Positions 29,777 through 40,388 of a stretch of DNA of 64,000 nucleotides are shown piece by piece. The DNA lies in the NCBI GenBank assembly GCA_002633185.1, contig NWBM01000002.1, forward strand, positions 27,838-91,837, read 5' to 3'. A program made the translations under genes and the position numbers. The notes below the pieces were generated by a model. It saw only the letters and a list, made by a program, of their open reading frames with translations, was not told where the DNA came from and searched no databases. Position 1 is the first letter of the stretch. The number at the start of each line of letters is the position of its first letter. The stretch is from Lachnospiraceae bacterium Phil5. GTDB taxonomy: Bacteria > Bacillota > Clostridia > TANB77 > CAG-508.

Positions 29777-29819
29777 GGGACGTGTCCTAATTGTATACTT
29801 TGGTACAATTGGGGACAGG
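29777..29819. repeat. Intergenic GGGAC..GTCC..AATTG inverted-repeat element
   Basis: GGGACGTGTCCTAATTGTA (29777-29795) and its inverse TACAATTGGGGACAGG (29804-29819). It shares the ATTGGGGAC(A/T)G core with 7532..7578. Confidence 0.55.
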
Positions 29820-29848
29820 TTATATTAAAAAATGATAAAAAGGAGTTA

Positions 29849-30166
29849 ATGCTATTGGAAAAAAGTTTGTTTACAAAAATTGATGAAGATTTTATATGCG
29901 AAAATTGTGGAAAAAAAGTAAAAAAGCTTGGCTATACATGTAGAAATCACTGCCCATACTGTTTAACATCTAAACATGTAGATATAAATCCTGGAGATAG
30001 ACAAGAGGGGTGCCATGGTTTATTAGAGCCAATAGGGCTTGAAATAGATGCAAAAAAAGGATATGTAATTATATTCAAATGCAAAAAATGTGGGCAAATA
30101 CGAAAGAATAAGGCAGCAAAAGATGACAATATGGATCTTTTAATAGAACTTAGTGCTAGACATTAA
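29849..30166 (+). CDS. RNHCP domain protein (zinc-ribbon)
   Basis: CENCG...CRNHCPYC...CKKCG. Confidence 0.8.
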   Translation: MLLEKSLFTKIDEDFICENCGKKVKKLGYTCRNHCPYCLTSKHVDINPGDRQEGCHGLLEPIGLEIDAKKGYVIIFKCKKCGQIRKNKAAKDDNMDLLIELSARH

Positions 30167-30241
30167 TAACCGAAAATATCCTAAAAGTTGACCTTTTAAA
30201 GCAAAAGTAGTAAAATGTGTAAAAAATAAGAGGTAGAAAAA

Positions 30242-30904
30242 ATGCGTATTAGATTTAAACCATGGGCTAGACCAGAACTAGAGGCAAGTAAATTTTATAT
30301 AGATAATCCAGAAGATTATAAAGGAAAATGGATTGAATTATTTGAAAATAAACAAAATCCAATTCATTTGGAATTAGGATGTGGAAAAGGTGGATTTATC
30401 TCAAAACTTGCAGCACAAAATCCAAATATCAATTATATAGCAATTGATGTTGTTGATGCTATGTTGGGCTTAGCTAAAAGAAATATAGAAAAAGAATATG
30501 TAGAACGAAATATTCCAATAAACAATGTTTATCTTACAAGATTTGATATAGAAAGAATTTTAATGATTCTAGACGAACAAGATTCGATTGAAAGAATTTA
30601 TATCAATTTTTGCAATCCATGGCCAAGAGGAAAACACAGAAAGAAAAGATTAACACATATAAGACAATTGGAAAAGTATAATCAGTTTTTAAAAAGCGGT
30701 GGAGAAATATATTTTAAAACAGATGATGATGAATTGTTTAATGATAGTTTGTTATATTTCAAACAAGCTGGATTGGATATAATAGATACAACATATGATT
30801 TAGCGAATACACCAAATTTTTGGAACAATATAGAAACTGAACATGAAAGAATGTTTAAGAACGATGGAATAAAGATTAAAGCAGCAAAAGTTGTGAAAAA
30901 ATAA
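30242..30904 (+). CDS. trmB: tRNA (guanine-N7)-methyltransferase
   Basis: ELGCGKGGF SAM motif and FCNPWP. Confidence 0.9.
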   Translation: MRIRFKPWARPELEASKFYIDNPEDYKGKWIELFENKQNPIHLELGCGKGGFISKLAAQNPNINYIAIDVVDAMLGLAKRNIEKEYVERNIPINNVYLTRFDIERILMILDEQDSIERIYINFCNPWPRGKHRKKRLTHIRQLEKYNQFLKSGGEIYFKTDDDELFNDSLLYFKQAGLDIIDTTYDLANTPNFWNNIETEHERMFKNDGIKIKAAKVVKK

Positions 30905-31084
30905 TTGTGAATTTTTTGTGAAATTTTTATTTAACACAAAGTCCACAAAACACCATGAAAATCAATAAAAACGACAGACAATACTGAAAAATACTAAAAA
31001 AATGGTATTGCAAATAGTCCAATTTATTGGTATGATATATATGAAAAATTATAAATATTTAAAAAATATAAAGGAAGATAGATT

Positions 31085-31771
31085 ATGATAGAATTTAGAA
31101 ACGTTAGTAAAATATATGATACAGGTACAGTTGCAGTTAATAACGCTAATTTTAAAATTGACAAAGGAGAATTTGCATTTTTAGTTGGAAGTTCTGGTTC
31201 GGGAAAATCAACATTAATAAAAATGATATTAAAAGAGGAAGAACCAACAGAAGGAAACATTATAATCAATGGAAAAGATACAACATTTTTAAAACCAAAA
31301 AGAGTTCCGTATTTACGTAGAAGTATGGGAGTAGTTTTTCAAGATTTCAGATTATTACCAGATAAAACAGTATATGAAAATGTTGCATTTGCAATGTATA
31401 TTGTAAAAGCAACACCAAGACATATAAGAAGACAGGTTCCAATGGTATTATCATTAGTTGGATTAAGTGATAAATCAAAAGTATATCCAAATGAATTATC
31501 AGGTGGAGAGCAACAAAGAGTAGCATTAGCACGTGCACTTGTAAATAATCCATCAATGTTGATTGCAGATGAACCTACGGGAAATCTAGACCCAGATACA
31601 GCATGGGAAATAATGAATCTTTTAAATGATATAAATTTAAGAGGAACAACAGTTGTTGTTGCAACACATGCTAAAGATATAGTAGACAAAATGAAAAAAA
31701 GAGTTATACATATTAGTAATGGTAATATCATAAGAGATGATAAAAAAGGTGGTTATGATAGTGAAATATAA
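31085..31771 (+). CDS. ftsE: Cell division ATP-binding protein FtsE
   Basis: GSSGSGKST, LSGGEQQR, LIADEPTGNLD. Confidence 0.9.
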   Translation: MIEFRNVSKIYDTGTVAVNNANFKIDKGEFAFLVGSSGSGKSTLIKMILKEEEPTEGNIIINGKDTTFLKPKRVPYLRRSMGVVFQDFRLLPDKTVYENVAFAMYIVKATPRHIRRQVPMVLSLVGLSDKSKVYPNELSGGEQQRVALARALVNNPSMLIADEPTGNLDPDTAWEIMNLLNDINLRGTTVVVATHAKDIVDKMKKRVIHISNGNIIRDDKKGGYDSEI

Positions 31772-32693
31772 TATAATTAGTTATTTAATAGGTGATGGTA
31801 TACGAAACATATCGAAAAATAAAAAGTCTACTTTTTCTGCTATAATAATAATGTTGGTTACAATGTTAACAGTTGGAATTTGTTTTGTAGTTGGCGAAAA
31901 TGCAAATGCAATTTTAAGTAAAATGCAAACAGACTATCCATTAGAAATTTTTTTAGACAATGATATAACTGTATCAGAAAAAGATAAACTTGAAAATGAA
32001 ATAAGAAATATGGAATACGTAAATCCTAATATTACATATATATCAAAAGATGAAGCGTATTTTAAAGCAATAGAAAGAGTTGGAAAAGATTCAGTAATGG
32101 TTGCAGGATATACAGAAAAAGAGCATCCATTTCCACCATCTTTCATAATAACATTTAAAGACTTAAACAAATTAGAAGAAGTTGCACAAAAAATAGAACA
32201 GCTGGATCATGTAACAGGAACAACAAGTGAAGATCAAAAAGATAATACTAGAGCATTAACATCATTTGCAAGAAATATAAATATTACATTAATTGTTATA
32301 GGTGGAGTATTAGTAATATTCTCAATTATCATAATTGGAAATACAATAAAACTAACTGTACATGCAAGAAGAAAAGAAATTTCTATTATGAAATATGTTG
32401 GAGCAACAAACAATTTTATTAGAGCACCATTCGTTGTAGAAGGTATAGTAATTGGATTAATAGCATCATTACTTTCCTTAATATCATTAGCAGGAATATA
32501 TGTATGGGTTAGAAATACTGTTATAGGAAGTGGATTGGAAGGATGGCTTGGAAGATTAGGAATTAGCAGTGGAATTCAAATATTAGAATTTAACCAATTA
32601 TTCCAAAATGTATTATTAATATTCTTAGCAATGGGAATAGGAATTGGTGTAATAGGAAGTCTTTTATCAATGAAAAAATATTTGAAAGTATAA
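31755..32693 (+). CDS. ftsX: Cell division permease FtsX
   Basis: Overlaps the ftsE stop. Four TM helices, a large first loop, and a FtsX-like C-terminus. Confidence 0.85.
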   Translation: MIVKYNIISYLIGDGIRNISKNKKSTFSAIIIMLVTMLTVGICFVVGENANAILSKMQTDYPLEIFLDNDITVSEKDKLENEIRNMEYVNPNITYISKDEAYFKAIERVGKDSVMVAGYTEKEHPFPPSFIITFKDLNKLEEVAQKIEQLDHVTGTTSEDQKDNTRALTSFARNINITLIVIGGVLVIFSIIIIGNTIKLTVHARRKEISIMKYVGATNNFIRAPFVVEGIVIGLIASLLSLISLAGIYVWVRNTVIGSGLEGWLGRLGISSGIQILEFNQLFQNVLLIFLAMGIGIGVIGSLLSMKKYLKV

Positions 32694-32714
32694 AAAACAA
32701 AGGAGAAGTTGAAA

Positions 32715-33872
32715 ATGTTTAAAAAAATATTATCATCAGTAATTGTATTAATTTTTATTAGTTCGTTTTATTTGGTTTCATTTGCTGAAACAAGTTCATA
32801 TTATTCAACTCAAAAAAATGAAGCAAATGCTAATGCATCACAGACACAAACTGAAATTGATGAATTAGATGGAGAAATTGATAGTGTACTACAAGAAGTG
32901 GCAGATTTAAATGTTTCAATACTAGGATATGAAAGTGAAATACAACAACTTGAAACAAGATTAAATGCATTAGAAACTTCAATAAAAGAAAAAGAAAAAG
33001 AATTAGAAGAAAAGAAGAAAACACTAGAAAATAGATTAGTTGCAATGTATAAGAAAAAAGAAACTACGTTCTTAGATGTTGTTTTATCAGGAGAATTAAT
33101 CAATTTTATATCAAACCAGAATCTTATAAAACAAGCTGCATCTTATGATAACAACCTTATACAAGAAGTTGAAGAATTGAAAACATCATTAGAAAATGAA
33201 AAACAAGAAGTTGTTACTTTGAAAGCTGAAAAAGAACAAAAATCAAAAGAATTAAAGAGCTTAAAATCTCAAAAAGAAGCAAAAGCTGCAAACTTAACCG
33301 AAGAGCAAAAACAATTAGAAGCAAAATTATCAGAATATAAAGCACAAGCAGAACAATATGCTGAATTAGAGAGACAAGCAATAGCTAAAGAGGAAGCTGC
33401 TAGAGCCGCTGCAGCAGCTGCTGCAAAATCTTCATCAAGTTCATCTTCTACATCAAGTCCTACTATAATACAAACATATAATGGAGGAAGACTTGGTTGG
33501 CCATGTCCTTCAAGTTCAAGAATAACTTCACAATATGGATATAGAATTTTATTTGGAGTAAGAGATTTCCACACAGGTGTAGATATTGGTGCTGTTTCAG
33601 GAAGTAACATATGTGCTGCTGAAAGCGGAACAGTTATATTAGCTGCATACGGATGGAATGGCGGATATGGAAATTATATAATTATTAATCACGGAAATGG
33701 TCTTACAACAAGATATGCCCATGCAAGTGCATTATATGTATCTGCAGGACAAAGTGTATCAAAGGGTCAAGTTATAGCTGCAGTAGGAACAACAGGAAAT
33801 TCAACCGGACCGCACTTACACTTTGAAGTTAGAATAAACGGAGCACATCAAAATCCATTAAATTATCTATAA
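32715..33872 (+). CDS. Coiled-coil M23 (LytM) peptidase, EnvC/PcsB-like partner of FtsEX
   Basis: Signal peptide, long coiled coil, HTGVDI and GPHLHFEV. Confidence 0.85.
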   Translation: MFKKILSSVIVLIFISSFYLVSFAETSSYYSTQKNEANANASQTQTEIDELDGEIDSVLQEVADLNVSILGYESEIQQLETRLNALETSIKEKEKELEEKKKTLENRLVAMYKKKETTFLDVVLSGELINFISNQNLIKQAASYDNNLIQEVEELKTSLENEKQEVVTLKAEKEQKSKELKSLKSQKEAKAANLTEEQKQLEAKLSEYKAQAEQYAELERQAIAKEEAARAAAAAAAKSSSSSSSTSSPTIIQTYNGGRLGWPCPSSSRITSQYGYRILFGVRDFHTGVDIGAVSGSNICAAESGTVILAAYGWNGGYGNYIIINHGNGLTTRYAHASALYVSAGQSVSKGQVIAAVGTTGNSTGPHLHFEVRINGAHQNPLNYL

Positions 33873-33892
33873 AATATAACAATCATATCATT

Positions 33893-33922
33893 AAAAAGGG
33901 GCAGAAACAACTGCCCTTTTTA
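33893..33922 (+). terminator. Intrinsic terminator
   Basis: AAAGGGGCAG-aaacaa-CTGCCCTTT followed by TT. Confidence 0.85.
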
Positions 33923-34004
33923 TATGATATAATAGAGAATAAAAAAAGACAAAAGTAATATAATATTTATAATAGTTTATAAGTATTTTGAAAGGAAAGA
34001 TAAT

Positions 34005-35195
34005 ATGAGCGAAAATAAAAAAAATAACATTTATAAAAATCTAATGATTATAATAATTACTGCTTTAATTACTTGCATTTTAACAACAATTGCATTATAT
34101 AGTTCTATATTTAATCCAAAAGATTCTACGAGCGCAGAATTAAAAAGTAAAATTACAGAAATAAATGCTAGATTAAAACAAGCATACATAGGTAATATAG
34201 ATGAAGAAAAAATGATAGAAGGTGCTTTAGAAGGGTATGTTAGCGCACTTGGAGACGAATATACAGAGTATTTAAACAAAGAAGAAGTAAGTGATTTGAT
34301 GGAAACAGTAGATGGATCATATGTGGGGATTGGAGTGTATATTACACAATTAGTCCAATCAAATGAGATACTTGTTATAGGTGTTATAAAAGATTCACCA
34401 GCAGATAAAGTTGGTATATTAGCAGGAGATGTAATCAAGGAAGTTGATAATGAAGAATATACAGGTGAGCAATTAACATTGGCATCAAATAAAATGAGGG
34501 GAAAAGAAGGAACAGAAGTAAAAGTAAATGTTATTAGAAATGAAGAAGAAAAAGAATTTAATATTGCAAGAGAGAAAATAGAATTTCAATATATTAGCTC
34601 TGAAATGCTAGGGAATAATATTGGTTATATAAAAATTAGTGCGTTTGAAGGAAATTGTGCACATGATTTTGAAACAAAATATAAGGAACTTGAATCACAA
34701 GGAATTAAATCTTTAATTATAGATTTAAGAAATAATGGCGGTGGTTTAGTAGATCAAAGTATTGCAATTGCTGATTTTGTTGTGCCAAAAGGTTCAACTA
34801 TATTAATAACAAAAGATAAAAATAATAAAGAAGAAATTTCAAAATCAGAAAATGACCAAATTGTTAAGGTACCTGTTGTAATTCTTACAAATGAATACAC
34901 AGCAAGTGCATCTGAAATATTAGCTGGAGCATTAAAAGAAAATATTGGTGCTAAAATAGTTGGAACAAAAACATATGGAAAAGGCGTAATACAGGGAATA
35001 TATTTATTAAATGATAATGAAACGGCTTTAAAAGTAACTATCCAAGAATATTTCACTCCTAATGGTAACAAAATAAACAAAAATGGATTAACACCAGATT
35101 ATGAGATTGAATTGCCAGAGGAATGGAAAGGAAAAACAACAGTAGAAAAACAATATGATACGCAATTAGTTAGAGCAATTGAAATTTTAAAATAA
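34005..35195 (+). CDS. ctpA: Carboxy-terminal processing protease (S41) with a PDZ domain
   Basis: PDZ segment GDVIKEVDN. DLRNNGGG. TASASEILAGAL. Confidence 0.9.
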   Translation: MSENKKNNIYKNLMIIIITALITCILTTIALYSSIFNPKDSTSAELKSKITEINARLKQAYIGNIDEEKMIEGALEGYVSALGDEYTEYLNKEEVSDLMETVDGSYVGIGVYITQLVQSNEILVIGVIKDSPADKVGILAGDVIKEVDNEEYTGEQLTLASNKMRGKEGTEVKVNVIRNEEEKEFNIAREKIEFQYISSEMLGNNIGYIKISAFEGNCAHDFETKYKELESQGIKSLIIDLRNNGGGLVDQSIAIADFVVPKGSTILITKDKNNKEEISKSENDQIVKVPVVILTNEYTASASEILAGALKENIGAKIVGTKTYGKGVIQGIYLLNDNETALKVTIQEYFTPNGNKINKNGLTPDYEIELPEEWKGKTTVEKQYDTQLVRAIEILK

Positions 35196-35202
35196 TAAAG
35201 AA

Positions 35203-35237
35203 AAACGTTTCAAGCTATGTGTTTGAAACGTTTTTTT
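35203..35237 (+). terminator. Intrinsic terminator
   Basis: AAACGTTTCAA...TTGAAACGTTT followed by a T-run. Confidence 0.85.
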
Positions 35238-35315
35238 GAAAAATAAATAAAAAAATTTAAAAAAGTTATTGACAAGTCAAATAAAATTTAGTATACTAAA
35301 CAAGTCGAAAGAAAT

Positions 35316-35391
35316 GGGCGCATAGCTCAGCTGGGAGAGCATCTGCCTTACAAGCAGGAGGTCATAGGTTCGAGCCCTATTGCGCCCACCA
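35316..35391 (+). tRNA. tRNA-Val (anticodon TAC)
   Basis: Cloverleaf by hand. Acceptor GGGCGCA/TGCGCCC, anticodon loop CTTACAA, GGTTCGAGCC T-arm, encoded CCA. Confidence 0.9.
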
Positions 35392-35429
35392 TTTCTTTTT
35401 TTTATCATAAAACGTAAATTAAGATTTAC

Positions 35430-35506
35430 GGCCTGGTAGTTCAGTTGGTTAGAACGCTAGCCTGTCACGCTAGAGGTCGACGGTTCGAGCCCGTTCCAGG
35501 TCGCCA
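35430..35506 (+). tRNA. tRNA-Asp (anticodon GTC)
   Basis: Acceptor GGCCTGG/CCAGGTC, anticodon stem CTAGC/GCTAG with loop CTGTCAC, encoded CCA. Confidence 0.9.
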
Positions 35507-35542
35507 TTTTTATTTTATGGAAAATGTCCTAATTAAATAATC

Positions 35543-35618
<76 letters not shown>

Positions 35619-35625
35619 AAAACAG

Positions 35626-35656
35626 AAAAACCGTTTGTAAAACGGTTTTTTATTTT
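35626..35656 (+). terminator. Intrinsic terminator of the tRNA cluster
   Basis: AAAACCGTTT-gta-AAACGGTTTT followed by a T-run. Confidence 0.85.
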
Positions 35657-35756
35657 GCCTTTTATAGACACAGATGAAATTTTGTGATAATGTATATGTA
35701 ACAACATAAAAAAGAAAAGGAGAAAGATTTTATAACAATAAAATCACAAAAAATAT

Positions 35757-37490
35757 ATGGGAAACATAGTATTATTAGATGAACTAACAATAAACAAAAT
35801 AGCAGCAGGTGAAGTAATAGAAAGACCAGCAAATGTTGTTAAAGAGTTAGTTGAAAATTCAATAGATGCAGGCGCAAAAAACATCATAATCGAAGTGAAA
35901 AATGGCGGTAAAACATACATAAGAATAACAGACAACGGAAAAGGAATGACAATAGAAGATATGCCAATAGCTATAGAAAGACACGCCACAAGTAAAATAA
36001 GAAAAATAGAAGACTTAGAAAATACATACACAATGGGATTTAGAGGCGAAGCATTAGCAAGTATTGCTGCAATATCAAAACTAACAATACAATCAAAAAC
36101 AAAAGACATGAATTGCGCAGTTCAAATGGTTGTTGAAGCTGGAGATATTATAGCTCAAGAAGAAACAGCAGGCCAAACAGGAACAACAATAACAGTGGAA
36201 AAAATATTTTTCAATACACCAGTTAGATATAAATTCTTAAAACAAGATGCAATAGAATTCAAATACATAAAAGATTTAGTTCAAAAAATAGCTCTCGCAA
36301 ATCCAGATGTTGCTATAAAGCTAATAAATGACGGAAAAAATGTATTTCAAACAAATGGTAGTGGAGATATAAAAGATATTGTATACACAATTTACGGCAA
36401 AGAAATAAAAGAAAATTTAGTAGAAGTAAATTATACACATGAAAATATTAAAGTTACAGGTGTAGTAGGAAATACACTAATGGCAAATGAATCAAGAAAA
36501 AATCAAATAGTATTTTTAAATAAGAGAAATATCAAAAATCAAATTATTACAAACAGCGCAGACCAGGCCTTTAAAGGCGGTACAGGAATTGGAAAATATG
36601 GCTTTTTCATTTTAAATTTGGAAATGCCAGCAGATTGCTATGATGTTAATGTTCATCCGACAAAACTAGAAGTAAGATTTAAAGATGAACAACAAATATA
36701 TAAAGCTGTATACCATGCAATAAAAGGAGCGTTGCTAAACAAAGAATTTTTGGGAAATGATGAAAATGAAAATAACAAAACAGAATACATAGAAAACGAA
36801 TACAAATTTCTCACAAACTATATAAACAATACAAATCCAAATTCAGTAGTATATACGCAAGGAATGCCTAAAATTGAATTAATAAACAGAGACAATGCAC
36901 GTAAAATAGACTATAAATACATAGGAATCCTATACAGAACTTTTATTGTGATACAAATAGAAAATGACTTATTCTTAGTTGATCAACATGCTGCACATGA
37001 AAGAGTCTTATATGAGCAAATAAAAGAAAATTACAAAAATAATATAAAAAACAATAGTCAAATAATGCTTATTCCAGAGGTAGTAAATTTAACAAACAAA
37101 GAAATGGAATTTGTTCAAAACAATATAAAAATGTTTAAAGACTATGGATTTGACATAGAAATATTTGGAGAAAACTCATTAAAAATCAATGGAATACCTG
37201 ATTTAGAATATAAAATAAAAATAGACACAAAAGACATCTTTATGAACATACTAGACGAGATGATGACAAAAGAAAGAACATCTATAAAAGACATAGAAGA
37301 ACGATTTATAGCTACAGTGGCATGTAAAGCAGCAGTAAAAGCAAACATGGACTTAACACCAAGTGAAGTGCATAATTTGTTAGATAGATTATTAAAATTA
37401 AAAAATCCATATACATGTCCTCATGGAAGACCTACAACAATTAAATTATTAAGCTTTAATCCAGAAGATCATAATATAATAAAAAAATAA
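35757..37490 (+). CDS. mutL: DNA mismatch repair protein MutL
   Basis: NKIAAGEVIERP, GFRGEALASI, and the C-terminal FLVDQHAAHERVLYE. Confidence 0.95.
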   Translation: MGNIVLLDELTINKIAAGEVIERPANVVKELVENSIDAGAKNIIIEVKNGGKTYIRITDNGKGMTIEDMPIAIERHATSKIRKIEDLENTYTMGFRGEALASIAAISKLTIQSKTKDMNCAVQMVVEAGDIIAQEETAGQTGTTITVEKIFFNTPVRYKFLKQDAIEFKYIKDLVQKIALANPDVAIKLINDGKNVFQTNGSGDIKDIVYTIYGKEIKENLVEVNYTHENIKVTGVVGNTLMANESRKNQIVFLNKRNIKNQIITNSADQAFKGGTGIGKYGFFILNLEMPADCYDVNVHPTKLEVRFKDEQQIYKAVYHAIKGALLNKEFLGNDENENNKTEYIENEYKFLTNYINNTNPNSVVYTQGMPKIELINRDNARKIDYKYIGILYRTFIVIQIENDLFLVDQHAAHERVLYEQIKENYKNNIKNNSQIMLIPEVVNLTNKEMEFVQNNIKMFKDYGFDIEIFGENSLKINGIPDLEYKIKIDTKDIFMNILDEMMTKERTSIKDIEERFIATVACKAAVKANMDLTPSEVHNLLDRLLKLKNPYTCPHGRPTTIKLLSFNPEDHNIIKK

Positions 37491-37509
37491 TAAAAAAAAA
37501 TTAAAACTA

Positions 37510-37634
37510 TTGACTTAAAAATTTATAAATAATATAATAAAAAGTGTAGAAATAGTTTAGTTAGATACAAAAGAAAAAATAAAATAAATATAGAAAAAAT
37601 GTATCCTCCTAAACCAAAATTAGGAGGTTTTTTT
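37510..37634 (+). promoter_or_regulatory. Consensus promoter plus a ~90-nt leader or short RNA ending in an intrinsic terminator, upstream of the matrix operon
   Basis: TTGACT(37510)-17-TATAAT(37533). Hairpin CCTCCTAA(37605)/TTAGGAGG(37620) followed by T7. The 3' arm is a perfect SD-like sequence. Confidence 0.55.
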
Positions 37635-37722
37635 GAAGAAGAAACAAAGGATTAATAGTTTTTATATATTGATAAATTAGCATCTTACTAAATTATCAAA
37701 CATAAGAACATACCGAAAGGGG

Positions 37723-39672
37723 GTGGCCATAATCAGTAAAAACAAACTTTTTTTGTTAGGCGTAGTTAGTATAATTATAATGGGAATATCTGGAATATAT
37801 GCATTTACGAACACGTCCACCTCAACAGTAAAAAACGATTTGAATACTGGGGCAGTAAATATTCAGTTAAAGGAATATTCAATAAATAACAATGTTGAGC
37901 AAGAATATAACGAAGATCCAAAGGCGGTTATGCCAGGAGAAGTTGTTTCTTTAATACCTAGAGTTTTAAATTTAGGAGAATCATGTTATGTTAGAGCTAA
38001 AATAAGTTATAAGAGCAACTCAGGAAATCTAATTTTATCTGATGAAAATATTGAAGGAATGGATCCTAACTGGACTAAGACTGGAGACTATTGGTATTAC
38101 AGCAATCCAATAGAAACTGACGCTAAAATAGATATTTTTAAATCTGTTTCAATCCCTTCAGACATATCCAATGAAAATCAAGGAAAAACTCTTCAAGTTA
38201 ACATTGTTGTAGAAGCAATTCAATCTAGAAACTTTACTCCAGACTTTACAAGTGATGAGCCATGGGGAAATGTTGAAATAACAGAAGGTAAAGACAACAA
38301 TTATCATACAGATAAATCACAAATTTCAAATAATGTCATAGTTGAATATGAAAATGGAACTAATAATTACATTGAGATACCAGAAGACTTTTTAAGTAAT
38401 ATATCATTATTAATGCCAGGAGATAATGTATCATCAGAAATAACGGTAAAACCAACAAATGATAAAACAGAAGTATCATTTACGGTTGCTCCAGAATCTA
38501 ATGATGATGAAGAAATTAGAGATTTAATGGAAAAACTTGTTTTGAAAATTGAGTCTAATGGAGAAACAGTATTTACTGGAAATTTATATCAACTTAATGA
38601 AACAACTTTTGGTAGTTCAAATAGTAATACAGAAACTAAATATAAATTTAGTGTAAGCATGCCTGAAGAATTAGGAAATGAATATTCAATGTTAAGTACT
38701 GGGCTAGTATGGACGTTTAAAGCGAAAACAGAAGTAACACCTAAGCCAATTGATTACACTAATACATATACAGTAGAAATTGTTACTGTAAAAGAAGATG
38801 GAACAACTGTTATATTATCAAATGACACAATATATACAATCAATGGAGGGGACAAAATAACATCTAATGGTAAAATTGTATTTCCGAAAGACAAAACTAT
38901 TACAGCTTTAAGTCAAAGAGATACATATACAATAAAACAAAAAAATGCTCCAGCAGGGTATAAAGTATATCCAAATGCATTTGATTTAATAGTTGGATTC
39001 AAAATAGATGAATCAATACAAAAATATGTAATAGATGAATCCAAAACATATTGTTCGGGTCCTGGAATTGCAGATAGTATGTATAAAATTTCTCCAGATA
39101 ATACCAAAATAACTATATATATTCCAAATGAAGAAATAGAAAAGCCTCGCAAAGGAGATTATCAATTAGAGTTAGTTGTTGTTGGTGATGATGGACAAAC
39201 AGTTATTACAACAGACAAAGCAATATTTACTATAAATGATAGTAACCTTGGAACAAAAGAAGGGATTTTAAATATTAAAAAGATTATTGGAGAGGGAATG
39301 AAAAATACAACATTCTCAATAAAACAAAAAAAAGCACCAAATGGATATAATGCATTTATAGGAACAATAAATTTAAATGTTGGATTCAAATATGATGAAA
39401 AAACAAATTCATATATTATTGATGAATCATCAACAAATGCAAATTCGAAAGAAAAAATAAAATTTGCACTAAAGGTTTCTGGTGATAAAGTTATTATATA
39501 TATAACAAACACAAAGAAACCAGAACCGCAACCAAGTCCACAGACTGGTGATGTTAAAGTTAAAATTGCAATAGCTATATTTATTATAGCAGCAATATGC
39601 TTGATAGTAGTATTTATACTAGAAAGAAAAAATAAAAATAAAGAAAATGAAGAAAAAAGTGATGACAAGTAA
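37723..39672 (+). CDS. Large surface protein with a TasA/SipW-type N-terminal signal, two CnaB/SpaA-like repeat domains and a C-terminal SPQTG sorting signal
   Basis: GTG start after aaaggggg. N-terminal GISGIYAFTNTS. Duplicated T(Y/F)(T/S)IKQK(N/K)AP(A/N)GY modules. The C-terminus is SPQTGD, then a TM helix, then a basic tail. Confidence 0.75.
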   Translation: MAIISKNKLFLLGVVSIIIMGISGIYAFTNTSTSTVKNDLNTGAVNIQLKEYSINNNVEQEYNEDPKAVMPGEVVSLIPRVLNLGESCYVRAKISYKSNSGNLILSDENIEGMDPNWTKTGDYWYYSNPIETDAKIDIFKSVSIPSDISNENQGKTLQVNIVVEAIQSRNFTPDFTSDEPWGNVEITEGKDNNYHTDKSQISNNVIVEYENGTNNYIEIPEDFLSNISLLMPGDNVSSEITVKPTNDKTEVSFTVAPESNDDEEIRDLMEKLVLKIESNGETVFTGNLYQLNETTFGSSNSNTETKYKFSVSMPEELGNEYSMLSTGLVWTFKAKTEVTPKPIDYTNTYTVEIVTVKEDGTTVILSNDTIYTINGGDKITSNGKIVFPKDKTITALSQRDTYTIKQKNAPAGYKVYPNAFDLIVGFKIDESIQKYVIDESKTYCSGPGIADSMYKISPDNTKITIYIPNEEIEKPRKGDYQLELVVVGDDGQTVITTDKAIFTINDSNLGTKEGILNIKKIIGEGMKNTTFSIKQKKAPNGYNAFIGTINLNVGFKYDEKTNSYIIDESSTNANSKEKIKFALKVSGDKVIIYITNTKKPEPQPSPQTGDVKVKIAIAIFIIAAICLIVVFILERKNKNKENEEKSDDK

Positions 39673-39707
39673 AAGTCACAAATTAAAAAACTTAGGAGGA
39701 AATAATT

Positions 39708-40373
39708 ATGAATAGAAAAAAACTTATCGTAACAGCAATCGTATTGTTATTAATATTATTAATAGGAGGTTTATTAGCATATTTCACAGATGTTGATACA
39801 AAAGTAAATAATTTAACATTAGGACAAGTTGATGTACAAGTTGTTGAAGCAAATTTCCCAGAAAATGGAGTTGCAGATATAATGCCAGGACAAGAAATAA
39901 CAAAAGATCCAGTAGTTCATAATAATGGAGTAAGTCCAGTTTTTATATTTGCAGAAGTAAAGGTTCCAACAGCTAAAGTTGCAATAGCAGATGGTGCAGT
40001 ATCAACAGACCCAGTTGAAATATTTGACTATACTTTTAATACAACTGGTGGATGGACAGTAATGAACGGTGGAGATCCTGTAACAACAACAGCGCCAGAT
40101 ACAACAGGAATTGGTTATAACACATATAGATTAGCATATGCAGGTGAAAAAATGACATCAGTTGCAGGAAATGGTAATACAGCAAGTATATTTACTAATG
40201 ATACAATTAGATTAAAGAATATAAGAGAAAATAACGAAGTACTTGTAGCTGGATATACTTCAGTTCAGACAAAAGCTGTAAACATTGATGTTAAAGCATA
40301 CGGAATTCAAACAACAGGAATTGGAACTGATACAACTCCTGCTACAGTATGGGGATTAATCGAAAATAACTAG
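39708..40373 (+). CDS. TasA/camelysin-family matrix protein (SipW-dependent signal peptide)
   Basis: N-terminal ...GGLLAYFTDVDTKVNN, matching the AYF(S/T)D class of signal. Confidence 0.8.
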   Translation: MNRKKLIVTAIVLLLILLIGGLLAYFTDVDTKVNNLTLGQVDVQVVEANFPENGVADIMPGQEITKDPVVHNNGVSPVFIFAEVKVPTAKVAIADGAVSTDPVEIFDYTFNTTGGWTVMNGGDPVTTTAPDTTGIGYNTYRLAYAGEKMTSVAGNGNTASIFTNDTIRLKNIRENNEVLVAGYTSVQTKAVNIDVKAYGIQTTGIGTDTTPATVWGLIENN

Positions 40374-40388
40374 AAAAGGAAGATTACA

